Positions 1 through 12,074 of a stretch of 64,000 bases of DNA are shown in pieces. The position numbers and the translations under genes are program-made. This DNA is from Octopus sinensis (taxonomy: Eukaryota). Where the stretch lies: contig NC_043002.1 of NCBI RefSeq assembly GCF_006345805.1, forward strand, positions 106,206,001-106,270,000, in the 5' to 3' direction. Within the stretch, counting starts at the first letter, position 1, and every line of letters begins with the position of its first letter. The notes under the pieces were generated by a model. It had not been told where the DNA came from. It saw nothing but the letters and a program-made list of their open reading frames with translations, and made no database searches.

Positions 1-391
1 AATAGCCCCACCCACCATCATCATTATCACTATCATTGTCATCATCACAACTGCCATCTCCATCCCCATCACTATTGCCTCATCCCCACCATCATCATCA
101 TCACCACTGCTTCTATCAGTCTTCTTCAATTCTTTCTCCTTTTCCTTTTCTCTCTTAGTTGCCATGTCTCTCTCTCTCTCTAAGTTTCTTTCTTTCACTC
201 TGTCTCTTTCTAATTCACCTTTTATCACTCTCTGTCTCTATCCTCCTCTCTCTCTACCTTCCTCTCTCTATCTACTCTCTGTCTTTCTTTACCACTCTCT
301 ACTAATCTCTTATTACCTCTCTCATCCTATTCCCCTCTGTCTCACTTCATCTCTCTGTCTTCCTCTATCTTTACCTCTCTCTCTCCACCAG

Positions 392-606
392 TTACACCCA
401 GATCTCAACCAGAATGACCCCAAGAACCATGAGAAGTTTGTCCAGTTGATAGAGGCGTACAACACCCTAAGTAAGGAGTCCACCCGACGTGACTATGACT
501 ACAGCCTTGCTAACTACATACACCTACAGAAGATGCAACGAAGCAGGGGTTCAAGTCACACATCATCCAGTGGATCATATCATCCCGGGGTCGGATTTGA
601 TCAGTC
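392..606 (+). CDS. DNAJC4: DnaJ/J-domain protein, internal exon (HPD motif); upstream exons lie before the window
   Basis: Pyrimidine tract ending ccaccAG at 390-391. Reads LHPDLNQNDPKNHEKFVQLIEAYNTLSKESTRRDYD (J-domain helices III-IV). GTAAG donor at 607, phase 2. Confidence 0.85.
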
Positions 607-1936
607 GTAAGTTCTCCTTTCTTGAATTTCTCTTCGCCTCCAGCTCTATATTCATCTGTCTGTGTGTCTGTCTATCTGCCAGTGGTGTGTGTATGTGTGT
701 GTGTCTGTCTGTCCTTGTCTTGACATCATGTGATAGATGTAAATAAGCATAGTTCATTTCCAGTCTTTAGTGAAGACATGTCTGACCCTGGGGAAATATC
801 ACCTTTCTTGGAAACAGGCGAAGGTTGGTGACAGGAAAAGCATCCAGCTGTAGAAACCCTGCCTCAGCAAATTCCGTCTGATCCAGGGAAACATGAAAAA
901 GCAGACTTTAAAATGATGATGATGATAAATATGTATGTGTATATATACATGTGTGTGTGAGTGTGTGTGTGTATATATATATAGTTTTACATGCAGCATG
1001 TATAGACATGATAACTGGATGTATCACCAGTATTGTATCCTGGTGCCACTGGGAGTTTCCAGTTTTATACAGCATCAACCCTCATCCCAGATCCTGATGA
1101 CTCAACCTAGATTCACCAAGTCTAGGTCTGTATCCAAGTGGCATTTCCCTGCCCCCACTGGTCACCTTTATAAACAGAGCCATGGAGATGTCCTCTCGGC
1201 AGCCCCCTACATTGTTCCTTACTACTCTTCTTTTCTTTCTTATTATGTTCAGGGTTCCTTTGGCCTTTCTGAGAGAATAAACCGCAAAGTCTTGACTGCT
1301 TATCTCTGCTGGCAAACATCTGCTTCTCCACCCATTCATGCACCTCTAAATTCAATCTGGATGATAATGACAAGAATGACTATGCGCACACACACACTCT
1401 CACATTATCATCGTCATTTTATGTCTACTTTCTGTCCTAGCATGGGCTGACAGAATCAGAGGATGGTTTGTTGCTCCAGTGTCATAGATTTGGCATGATG
1501 TCTATGGCTGGTTGCCCTTCCTAGTGTTAACCACTTTACAGAGTGTTCTAGATGCTTTTCTGTGGTACCAGCATTAATGAAGTCATCGTGTATCTTGCAA
1601 AACTGAAGAGTCTCCCTCCACTCAACTGAGAGGGAGAACAAGAGATAAACTGCATGTTTTAAACAAAGCGGTCAGAGGTTAAGATATGAAAATATGATGT
1701 GAGGTATGCAGGGACAGGTTTACCGTTTGTGGGGGAGATTCATGGCTGCCTCATGTTTTACATTGGCAGAGGTAAGAGTAGGGGTAGAACATTGGTAAAT
1801 TTGGTGAGGTGTTATAGTGCATCCACATGGTAACATGACCAAGATATGTACAGATATATCATCATCATCATCATCATCATCGTTTAACGTCCGTTTCCCG
1901 TGCTAGCACAGGTTGGACAGCATGTATATATGTATA

Positions 1937-2452
1937 TGAAGGGCTGATGGAAAGTTCCTGCCTTTGGGTAAAAAAAAATACAGGAGGATCAGTTGATTAT
2001 GATTTTATTCAACACTAGCTGTATCGCCCGGCGTTGCTCGGGTTTGTAAGGGAAATAACTATATAAGCATTTTTAGAGAATTACTTCCCTTATATAATAG
2101 CAAAAAAATGCATTGAAAATGGGAAAAAATGATGGTAAATTTTTTTTTAAATCGTAGACTCATCGTAGACGCACGCTAATACCCAGAAGGGCTCGATATG
2201 AATCACGACTATAAGATACCCGAATTTGGTTAAACTGCACCGCAAAATGTGGGAGTAGTTAGGAATCTAAATCATAGGAGACAGACACACAACTTCATTT
2301 TTATATATAAAGATATTCCTCTCTCAGATTCACACACTTATTGCAGTGGTCCTTCAGTTTTTCTAAGACCTCTAAAAGAACTTGGAAGGTTTGGTCTCCA
2401 GCTTGGCCTTTTGCAATACCCTTAAAGCCAGGAACTTTTCAGCGCCCCCTCA
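1937..2452. mobile_element. Non-autonomous mariner-type MITE interrupted by a HINE
   Basis: Imperfect terminal inverted repeats (TIRs) tgaagggctgatggaaagttcctgccttt / aaagccaggaacttttcagcgccccctca, each flanked by TA. Confidence 0.65.
2014..2314 (+). mobile_element. Helentron/Helitron-associated non-autonomous element (HINE, Lep1/DINE-1 style)
   Basis: 5' ACTAGCTGTATCGCCCGGCGTTGCTCGGG and 3' acagacacac...ttttatatataaagat match the termini of this class. Confidence 0.55.
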
Positions 2453-2712
2453 TATATGTACACATACACACACATCATCATCATTATCACCATGATTGTT
2501 TTAAAGTCCACTTTTGGATCAGATGAACTTTTAATGAGTCAGATTTTCCATGGGTGCTCTCCCTGCCATTAACCCTCACCCGTTTTCAGTTAAAAGGATG
2601 TTTCCTTTTGTCCTGTGAGACATCAAACAGATCAATGGTTGGGGTAAAGATTGCAAACAAACAGCATTTCTTCTATGATAGTAACTTTTGTTTTCAAAGA
2701 CAAGGAAAAAAA

Positions 2713-2724
2713 CACACACACACA

Positions 2725-2767
<43 letters not shown>

Positions 2768-2862
2768 ACACACACTCACACACACACACACTCTCACTCA
2801 CTCACACACACACACACACACACTCACACACACACTCACACACACACACACTCACACACACA

Positions 2863-2901
<39 letters not shown>

Positions 2902-2928
2902 ACACACCACTCACACACACACACACAC

Positions 2929-2962
<34 letters not shown>

Positions 2963-3040
2963 ACACTCACACACACTCACACACACTTACACACACACAC
3001 TCACACACACACACACACACACTCACTCACACACACACAT
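2713..3040. repeat. Compound (CA)n/(CACT) microsatellite
   Basis: Directly visible. Source of the poly-HT ORFs. Confidence 0.95.
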
Positions 3041-3240
3041 GTATACATATATGCATAAGTATATATTTATATATACTATTTGCATCTTTCACGTTGCATC
3101 TCTCAAATTCACTCACATGTGTGTGTGTGTAAAAGTGTGTGTAAATATGTATATGTGTATGTGTGTAACCCATGCTAGCATGAAAAACAAGATGTTAACT
3201 GATGATGATGATGGCAATACAACATATATATATATGTGAG

Positions 3241-3275
<35 letters not shown>

Positions 3276-3285
3276 TATATATATA

Positions 3286-3321
<36 letters not shown>

Positions 3322-4449
3322 TTATGCTTGTTTATGTTTATATATTTACACACACACTTATATATTTGTATCCATATACATAAACACATCTATAGCCTCA
3401 TATACATAAACACATCTATATCTACACAAACCCATACCAACACACACACACGCATATATATACGCACATCCATCATATATACACACACACACATTCATCA
3501 CACACACTCACTGCATGCCATAGAAATGTTTCCCCTAAAATGTTTCTGATGTTACTGTCAGTGTTATCTAACCATCTGGAGCCAGCCACCATCCTAATTC
3601 ATCACAGCCTTTCACTGTCTAACACCACCACCACCACCATCACTATTACCATTGCCACCATCACCACCACCTCTACTCTGTCATACACTACCACACCATT
3701 GTGAAAACAAAAATGAACATACTGAATAATGTAGTCCTAGATACTCTTTGTCTGGATAAAATCACTGGGTGATCATGGCTGGAATGTCTTATTTTTCTAC
3801 GTCCATTGGACAAAATCTGATGTAGATCTATTCAAAACACTGCACACACACACACACACTCTCTCTCTCTCTCTCTCTCTTCTCCCTCTCTCTCTCTCTC
3901 TCTACTCTCGTCACCAAACTATGCCACTGTACTATGTCTTCCACAACCACACGGCACAGCACCACTGTACCATGTCTCATAACGATAGCACAACTCTATG
4001 AGTCAATGATTGAATATTTAGCTGGTTGCTGGACCTACTAGAAATAGCAGCCAGAGATGTATTTCATCATTGGTTTGATTGAATTAAACAACAACAACAA
4101 CAATAACCCTTGCTTCAGCTTAGGTTCTTTTTTACCCCAGAAATAAACTTCTTTTTCTCCTCTCCCTCCCCTCTTTCTCCTCTCCCCTCCTCTTAGTGTT
4201 TATTGTATGAGATCATGTGACCATTTGACAGTCTTAAGAGGTGTCTTCACAGGCAGCTTTTTTCCAAAGATCATGTGACTGGTTTAGAAGCTTCCCCATT
4301 GGCTACTCTAATAGTTGGTCAGGTGACTTAAAAGCCCTTTGTGATTGCTCTTCTACTAAATCATAACCTTGTTTAGTGCTATCCCCTGATCCCTGGGCAC
4401 ATTTAGAAGGAGCTACTCTGTCGCAGACATTCAGATCAGGTTTGTGATC

Positions 4450-4830
4450 ATCATCATCATCATCATCATTTAGCGTCCGCTTTCCATGCTAGCATGGGTT
4501 GGTCGGTTGAACTGGGGTCTGGGAAGCCAGAAGGCTGCACCAGGCCCAGTCTGATCTGGCAATGTTTCTACAGCTGGATGCCCTTCCTAACGCCAACCAC
4601 TCCGTGAGTGTAGTGGGTGCTTTTTACGTGCCAGATGGGGCTGGCAAACGGCCACGGTCGGATAGTGTTTTTTACGTGCCACCGGCACGGAGGCCAAGCA
4701 AGGCTGGCAACGGCCACGATCGGATGGTGCTTTTTATGTGCCACCGGCACGGAGGCCATTCGGGGCGGCGCTGGCCACGGCCATGATCGGATGGTTCGCT
4801 TATGTGCCACCGGCACTGGTATCACAGCTG
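4450..4830 (-). mobile_element. RTE-family 3' UTR fragment with ~65-nt tandem repeats
   Basis: (CAT)n tail plus CCATGCTAGCATGG palindrome, the same as the 3' end of the RTE at 6186-7835. Tandem gtgctttttacgtgccaccggcac units. Confidence 0.75.
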
Positions 4831-5229
4831 CAATTTCCATTGATGTTGATCGACTTCGATTTTGGATCCCTGTATAATTTCCCTTTTACCATTTCTAGCC
4901 CCAAAGATCCTAGAACAATGGTCTCAGCCACTTCACATATGGCTCTATCAGCATCATTCATCATTGTCTTAGTGTCCTCTATCTCATGCTTACAAAGGTG
5001 GATCAGAGTTCATTGAAGCAGACTTTCTACAGTCAGATGCCTCTCCTGTCACCAACCCTTAGCTGTTTCCAGGCAAAGTATTTCCTCATGGCCAGACATG
5101 TTCTGGCAGACAGTTGAAAATGAGTGACATTCATTTACATCAGTTATACAATGTGAGGCCATCAACACACACACACACACACACACACCTAGTGAAAGGT
5201 AGACTATGATGCATGTGTGCAAATTGTCA

Positions 5230-5660
5230 TGCTACGCGGCAGTGAAACATGGGCCATGACTGCTGAGGACATGTGTAGGCTTGAAAGAAATGAAGCTATT
5301 ATGATCCACTTGATGTGTAATGTCAGTGTGCATACATGACAGGGTGTAAGTGCCCTGAGAGAAAAGTTGGACATAAGAAGCATCAGATGTGGTATGCAAG
5401 AGAGATGACTGCACTGAAATGGTCATGTGCTGCATATGGATGAGGATAGCTGTGTGAAGAAGTGTCACACCCTAACAGTGGAGGGAACCTGTGGAAGAGG
5501 TAAACCCGGGAAGACATGGGATGAGGTGGTGAAGCATGACCTTCAAACATTGCGCCTCACAGAGGCAATGGCAAGAGACCAAGATCATTGGTGATATGCT
5601 GTGATTGAGAAGACCAAGCAAGTAAAGTGAGATCGCAGCCATAGCCGATACCAGTGTCAC
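5230..5660 (-). mobile_element. Degenerate RTE ORF C-terminal fragment
   Basis: Plus-strand text matches the coding end of the RTE at 6779-7100 (gaggatagctgtgtgaagaagtgt...ggaagacatgggatgaggtggtgaagcatgac). It therefore reads in RTE sense on +, opposite to the 6186-7835 copy. Confidence 0.6.
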
Positions 5661-5839
5661 ATAACCTGTCCATTTAAAAGTACCCTTGAATCATCGGGTG
5701 TGCTTGAGAAGACCTGTTGAATCAAGTGATATTGTAGCCATGGCTGATGCCAGTGCCACCCAACTGGCACCTGTGCTGGTGGCACATAATAAGCACCATA
5801 ATAAACATTCAAGCCTGGATAAATACCAGTGTTGCCTGA

Positions 5840-6144
5840 CTGGCTCCCCGTGCTGGTGGCATGTAAAAAGCACCATCCGAATATGGTCAATGCCAGTGCC
5901 GCCCCAGTGGCATGTAAGAAGCACTATCCAAATGTGATCAATGCCAGGCCTGCCTGACTGGTTCCCATGCCAGTGGCATGCAAAAGGCACCCAGTACACT
6001 TTCGGAGTGGTTGGCATTAGGAAAGGCATCCAGTTGTAGAAACTTTACCAGATCAGATTGGAGCCTGGTGCAGCCTACTGGCTTGCCAGTCCTCAATCAA
6101 ACTTTCCAACCCATGCCAGCATGGAAAACGGACGTTAAACAATG

Positions 6145-6145
<1 letters not shown>
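5840..6145 (+). mobile_element. RTE 3' UTR copy (plus orientation)
   Basis: Ends ccaacccatgccagcatggaaaacggacgttaaacaatgat. Inverted relative to the copy starting at 6186. Confidence 0.7.
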
Positions 6146-6185
<40 letters not shown>

Positions 6186-6188
<3 letters not shown>

Positions 6189-7835
6189 TCATCATCGTTT
6201 AACGTCCGTTTTCCATGCTAGCATGGGTTGGACGGTTCGACCGGGGATCTGGGAAGCCAGAAGGCTGCACCAGGCTCCGGTCTTATCTGGCAATGTTTCT
6301 ACAGCTGGATGACCTTCCTAACGCCAACCACTCCGTGAGTGTAGTGGGTGCTTTTTACGTGCCACCTGCACTGGAGCCAGGCGAGGCTGGCATCGGCCAC
6401 GGGCGGATTGGTGCATTTTACGTACCACCTGCACGGAAGCCAGTCGAGGCGGCACTGGCTTCGGCCATGATTTGGATGGTGCTTTTTACATGCCACCGAC
6501 ACGGAAGCCAGTCGAGGCGGCGCTGGCATCGGCCATGATTCGGATAGTGCTTTTTACGTATCTCCAGTCCAGGGGTCCTAGCATCTGCCAGGTGCCAGTC
6601 ATAGGATTGGTTCAATTTCGATTTCGATTTCGATTTCACTTGCCCCAACAGGTCTTCGCAAACAAAGGGGGGGTAGGCATAGGTGCCTGTCGTCGGATGA
6701 GGTTCGATATCGACTTCGCTTGCCTCAACAGGTCTTTGTGTGTCCAAGGGAGGAACGGCATGCATAAATGGGCTGGACTCACTTGTCCTGCCTGGTCTTT
6801 TCACGCACAGCATATTTCCAAAGTTCTCGGTCGCAGGTCATTTCCTCAGTGAGACCTAAAGTTCGAAAGTCGTGCTTCACCACCTCGTCCCAGGTTTTCC
6901 TGGGTCTACCTCTTCCACGGGTTCCCTCCACTGCTAGGGATTGGCACTTTTTCACACACCTATCTTCATCCATTCTCGTCACATGACCATACCAGCGCAA
7001 ACGTCTCTCTTGCACACCACAACTGATGCTCCTTAAGTCCAACATTTCTCTCAGGGTACTAACGCTCTGTCGAGCATACGCACTGACATTACACATCCAT
7101 CGGAGCATACTGGCTTCATTTCTCGTGAGCTTACGCATGTCCTCAGCAGTCACGGCCCATGTTTCACTGCCATGTAGCATGGCTGTTCGTACACATGCAT
7201 CATACAGTCTGCCTTTTACTCTGAGCGAGAGGCCTTTAGTCACCAGCAGAGGTAAGAGCTCCCTAAACTTTGCCCAGGCTATTCTTACTCTAGCCGTTAC
7301 ACTTTCAGTACACCCACCTCCAATACTGACTTGGTCACCAAGATAACGGAAGCTATCAACTACTTCTAGTTTTTCCCCCTGGAAATGACGGAAGTTGTTT
7401 TCTGCAGATTTTCAGAGGTTAATGCTCCCAAGCATCTGCCACATACAAAAACTATCTTCCCAGTTAGCCTTCCTTTGACATTGCTGCACCTCTTATGTGT
7501 CCATAGCTTACACTGGGTACATCTTATAGAGTTTCTACCTACACCTTTTCTGCAGATCGAGCAGGGCCATCTTCCTGAAGACATTTGTGGATTGTCTACC
7601 TTCCTACTTATTAGTACTTTGGTTTTAGCTAGGTTGACTCTAAGGCCCCTCGATTCTAGACCCTCCTTCCACACCTGGAACTTCTCCTCCAGTTCTGATA
7701 GTGACTCAGCGATTAGTGCAAGGTCGTCAGCATATAGGAGCTCCCAGGGGCATCCTGTCTTGAATTCCTCCGTTATTGCCTGGAGGACTATGATAAATAG
7801 GAGGGGACTGAGGACTGAACCTTGGTGGACCCCAA
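6186..7835 (-). mobile_element. 5'-truncated RTE-clade LINE (RT domain, PHD-like insertion, 3' UTR)
   Basis: GVHQGSVLSPLLF...LLYADD, then LSLRVKGRLY...MLHGSETW...RRLRWYGHV...RGRGRPRKTW. One frameshift near 7380. (GAT)n tail. Confidence 0.9.
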
Positions 7836-7900
7836 CTATATATATATATATATAGAGAGAGAGAGATATATACACACACATACAAAAATACATATATATG

Positions 7901-7943
<43 letters not shown>

Positions 7944-8462
7944 TAGACGTTAAACTAGAGGATGATGATATATATAGATGGAAATATATATGTATACCAT
8001 TGTGTATATATGTGTGTGTGTGTGTGTGGAAGAGGTAGACCCAGGAAGACATGGGACAAGGTGGTGAAGCATGATCTTGGAACATTGGGCCAACCACTCT
8101 GAGAGTGTAGTTGGTGCTTTTACATACCACCAGCACGAGGGCCAGTCAGGCAGTACTGGCATTAGCCTGGCTCGAATGGTGTTTTTTACATGCCACCTGC
8201 ACAGGAGCCAGTCCAGTGGCACTAGCAATGAATGACCATGCTTGAATCGTGCTTTTTTTACATGCCACTGGCACAGGTGCCAGTCAGCAGCCATGACAAC
8301 AATCATGCTCGAACGGTGCTTTTAACATTCCACTGGCACGGGTGCCAATCATGTGGTACTGTCATCGGCCACAACAGCAATTTCACTTGCCTCAACAGGT
8401 CTTCGCAAGCATAGCTTATTGTCCATATATATATATATATACATACATACATATATATATAT

Positions 8463-8689
8463 AAGTTCAGCAAAATTTAGATTCAGATGAATATGGTATT
8501 TAAGTTAAAGGCACCAGAATTTGGTATGGTATTATCCATATAAATCAAATGGGGTGCTTATACTCAAAATAAGCAACAAGGATATCCAAATGTAGTGTAG
8601 TACAATCGTTTCATGCTACTTCATTTTATTAAACAATGTAAGTATTACATCAGTTTTAAAATGAAGACCAATCTTCAGCCACATATAGA

Positions 8690-8690
<1 letters not shown>
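8463..8690 (-). mobile_element. ~230-bp dispersed repeat (PLE pseudo-LTR-like) carrying a hammerhead; second copy at 58990-59220
   Basis: Two clearly homologous copies, both embedded in (TA)n. Confidence 0.7.
8596..8683 (-). ncRNA. Type I hammerhead ribozyme motif (weak stem II base)
   Basis: UGUGG-CUGAAGA-stem II-GAAAC-GAUU-GUA-CUACA. Confidence 0.6.
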
Positions 8691-8741
<51 letters not shown>

Positions 8742-9143
8742 ACTTCTTTCAGTTTCCATCTACCAGATTTTCTAATAAGGCTTTAATTGGCCCTGGGATA
8801 TAGTAGGAGACACTTGTCCAAGGTACCACACAGTGGCTTTGACTCCAAACGCATGTGACCATACCTGCATCTATTGACAAATATAATTGCCTAAATGTAC
8901 TGTCATTGGCTGCTGTTTTACAAAGCATTTGACTGGCTTAGGTGCTGTTTTAAAAGGTCTTGTGACTGGCAGAACCACTCTCATTGGCCACTATATGCAC
9001 AGGTGATATGATTTGTTAATCTTTGCCTCTATCTGTCTGCTATAGAAGCGTTTCCTGTTTCTGGGAGAAAGGGACGATATGACCCCCTCCTCTCACTCTG
9101 TTTTTCTTTCTCTCTCACACAATCTCTCTTTTTGTAATTCCAG

Positions 9144-9332
9144 AGAATCTGATGAGCGAATATTTTGGGATGAAACCATCTGGCATATGAGAAACAAGTC
9201 AAAAGACCAGGAATTTAAGGACCGCCCATACTACAGCATTAAAGGTTTAAGACGACAACCAAACTCCTACATTTTGTTTGGAATCCTGATCTGGGTGGTT
9301 GTTGGGGTGTTTGTGCATTACTTCTTGATCAG
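9144..9332 (+). CDS. DNAJC4: DNAJC4-like exon with predicted transmembrane helix
   Basis: ttgtaattccAG acceptor. 189 nt, keeps phase 2. ESDERIFWDE...PYYSIKG...YILFGILIWVVVGVFVHYFLI. GTAAG donor at 9333. Confidence 0.85.
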
Positions 9333-10505
9333 GTAAGTTGAATTAATAATCAACCTCATCATGTCAGGTGTATGATATTATGAGCACTGAATTATGAAGC
9401 GTGGGTGTTAGATAGCACAAGACCTTGGGCAAGACACATTACACCATTTTCCTTAGTCTTCATGGCTGTGTAACATAGCTATCATTATGTTATGCTCCTT
9501 AGTCAAGACACACCACTCTAGGTAGCTCAACTAACACTTTATTTCATTGGCCCCAAGAGAATGAAAGGCAAAGTTGACTTTGGCAGAAATTGAACTCACA
9601 ACATAAGGACTGATGAGATGCTGTTAAGCCTCTCTAACTGCCTCAGTCTACCTCGGTGTGTCCCTTGATGTTAGCTGCTATTGTGTTGTGTTCCTTAAGC
9701 CAGACATTCTACTAATATAACTACCATTGTGTTGTGATCCCTAAACAAGACAAACCACTCTACTTGTCTCTCCTTAAGCAAGACACACTACTTTACTCGT
9801 CTCTCCTTAAGCAAGACACACTACTTTACTCAACCTCATTATAACTAGAGATCATATTATCTTCAAGAACTCCTCACCAATATTGAACCAGAATATTTCT
9901 TTCCAGAATGGAATCAACACAAAGAATTGAACTGAATTGACAGAAACAAATATTATTTTCAGAATTGTTTTTGTTTGCTCAGAGCTGACAGATTGTGTTG
10001 AATCTGTAGCAATTACAGAGTCAACAACAACAACAACAACACATGGACATACTGTAATTATTGGTTTATTTCTTAGTAGCATTGATTATTATAAAGTGCC
10101 ACAGAGTTTCATCACACTTCTGTTACCCAGTGATTAACACAGCATCTCCACAAGATCTCATGTTTTTTATTCTATAATGCTGGTTCAGGGCCTGTGTTAG
10201 TATCAGAAGGAAGAAAGGAAGAACGAAAGACTTATGAGAATTCTCCGACTAAACTAGCTGATATGTCCTATCTAAAATGGATTTTAATTTGCAGGAGATT
10301 TGGCTGTTATTTCTAGTATGTTGAAGAGGCTATCTTTGGCTCATCAAACTTGCATTTTCACAAAAGGTATAATCCCATGATTATCTCTTTAATTATCATC
10401 CCGTAATTATCTCTATTAAAAAGGCTAGAAATATATTTTGTCTTTATTTACATTATTTACATTATTTACATTTGACGGATATTTATCCTCATCTTGTTTG
10501 TTCTT

Positions 10506-10552
10506 AACACAACGTTTCGGCTGATATACCCTCCAGCCTTCATCAGGTGTCT
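10506..10552 (-). ncRNA. Minimal type I hammerhead with palindromic ACGU stem III
   Basis: AGACAC-CUGAUGA-A-GGCUG(loop)CAGCC-GAAAC-GUU-GUGUU. Confidence 0.65.
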
Positions 10553-10669
10553 TGGGGAAATTTGAACCTGGGTTCTCATTCCTAAGGTATTTTTTGATAT
10601 TATTATTATTGTTGTTGTTGTTATTATTATTATAATTATTATTATTATTATTATTATTATTGAGTGAGC

Positions 10670-11214
10670 GAGCAGAGCATGCCATCAAAGTGACACTGGG
10701 GTAAAATATACGAAGCCCAGTATACCCATCATGACTACCCGTCTGATAAGGGTACACCAGGCACATGCATCACAACCATATGTGCGCGACATGGTGATCT
10801 CATATCAAGATAAGCAGCACATGACCTTGCAGGTGGAGCCCAGTTAGAATTTTCTTCAGATCGAGTAACCCATCCCGCTCAAAAGGTCCCTGAATAAGGG
10901 TTGTTTAAGGACGTTGAACGAAACACCCATGTTTCCAGAGGTGAATTATTCAAACCCCAAAGAATCCTTCTCAACACATGGCTATGATGCTCCCCCACTA
11001 CTTCTGCTCGTGATCAGAGATGCACATATCGTCAGCCACTAAGGGACATGCTCAACTGGTTAAGGTCAAACAACTGACAAGCAAATCTGTGGTATTGAGC
11101 AGAATATTTGCTGTAGCCCATCTTTTATACCAAGACAAAACAATGTACATGATAACACTTCCAATCAGTTAAGATCAGAAGCCATGAGAGCCACTGCCTG
11201 GTACTGCATCAGGG

Positions 11215-11215
<1 letters not shown>
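10670..11215 (-). repeat. Unclassified ~545-bp interspersed repeat bounded by (AAT)n tracts
   Basis: Complex non-coding block between two ATT microsatellites. Class not determined. Confidence 0.4.
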
Positions 11216-11259
<44 letters not shown>

Positions 11260-11266
11260 CATTATT

Positions 11267-11306
<40 letters not shown>

Positions 11307-11349
11307 CCATCACCATCACCATCACCACCACCACCGCCGCCGCCGCCGC

Positions 11350-11400
<51 letters not shown>
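11215..11400. repeat. Compound trinucleotide tract (ATT)(ATC)(ACC)(GCC)(ATC)
   Basis: Directly visible. Confidence 0.95.
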
Positions 11401-11550
11401 TCAGGTCACTGCCTGGAATCTTGGGGTTAGTAGCCTGCACTCTTAACCTCTACACCATATGTTTGATTCCAGGCAGTGACCTGAATAATAATAATGATAA
11501 TGATAACATTGAAAAATACCTAAGGGAAAGCCAGGTTCGAAATTTCCCCA

Positions 11551-11596
11551 AGACACCTGATGAAGCTGGAGGGTATATCAGCTGAAACGTTGTTTT
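11551..11596 (+). ncRNA. Minimal type I hammerhead, sense to the DNAJC4 pre-mRNA
   Basis: AGACAC-CUGAUGA-AGCUG(loop)CAGCU-GAAAC-GUU-GUUUU. One mismatch in stem I. Confidence 0.6.
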
Positions 11597-11987
11597 AACA
11601 GCAAAGAAGATGAGGACAAATATCCCTCAAATGTAAATAATGTAAATAATATACATAATTCCTCATCTCTTAAATATAGAACTATATTTTGTCTTTGTCC
11701 ACAGGCTGGTGACTTGGCCCAAATACTTCTGTGTCACCTGGGCCCCAGGTGCCACTAGCTTAAGCTTGTCTCCCAAAAACAGGAACCATCACTCCAACAT
11801 ACTTCCACACAGTTTCCATGTACCAAATTTTACTGATAAATCTTTGGTCAGCCTGCAACAACCCATAGTGCTGTGTAATGAAATCAGACCCAGAGTTCCC
11901 ACGTGGTTGTGGAGTGAACATTCTCAGTCTCATAATCAGGTCTTTGCTCAAACTGATAATTTCTTTTCGTTTTTCTCTTGTCTACAG

Positions 11988-12074
11988 TTTCTCCAGGGAT
12001 TATAGCAGATCGATAATGGATCAGAGAGATATAGAATTCCACAAACTTTACAAAGAGAAAAGAGATAAAGCACT
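11988..12074 (+). CDS. DNAJC4: DNAJC4-like exon
   Basis: ttttctcttgtctacAG acceptor. 87 nt, phase 2. FSRDYSRSIMDQRDIEFHKLYKEKRDKA resembles the post-TM segment of DNAJC4 as I recall it. GTAAAT donor at 12075. Confidence 0.8.

Noticed and set aside
164-391. N-terminal part of ORF 164-610
   Set aside because: CT-rich intronic polypyrimidine sequence. The real exon starts at the AG at 390-391.
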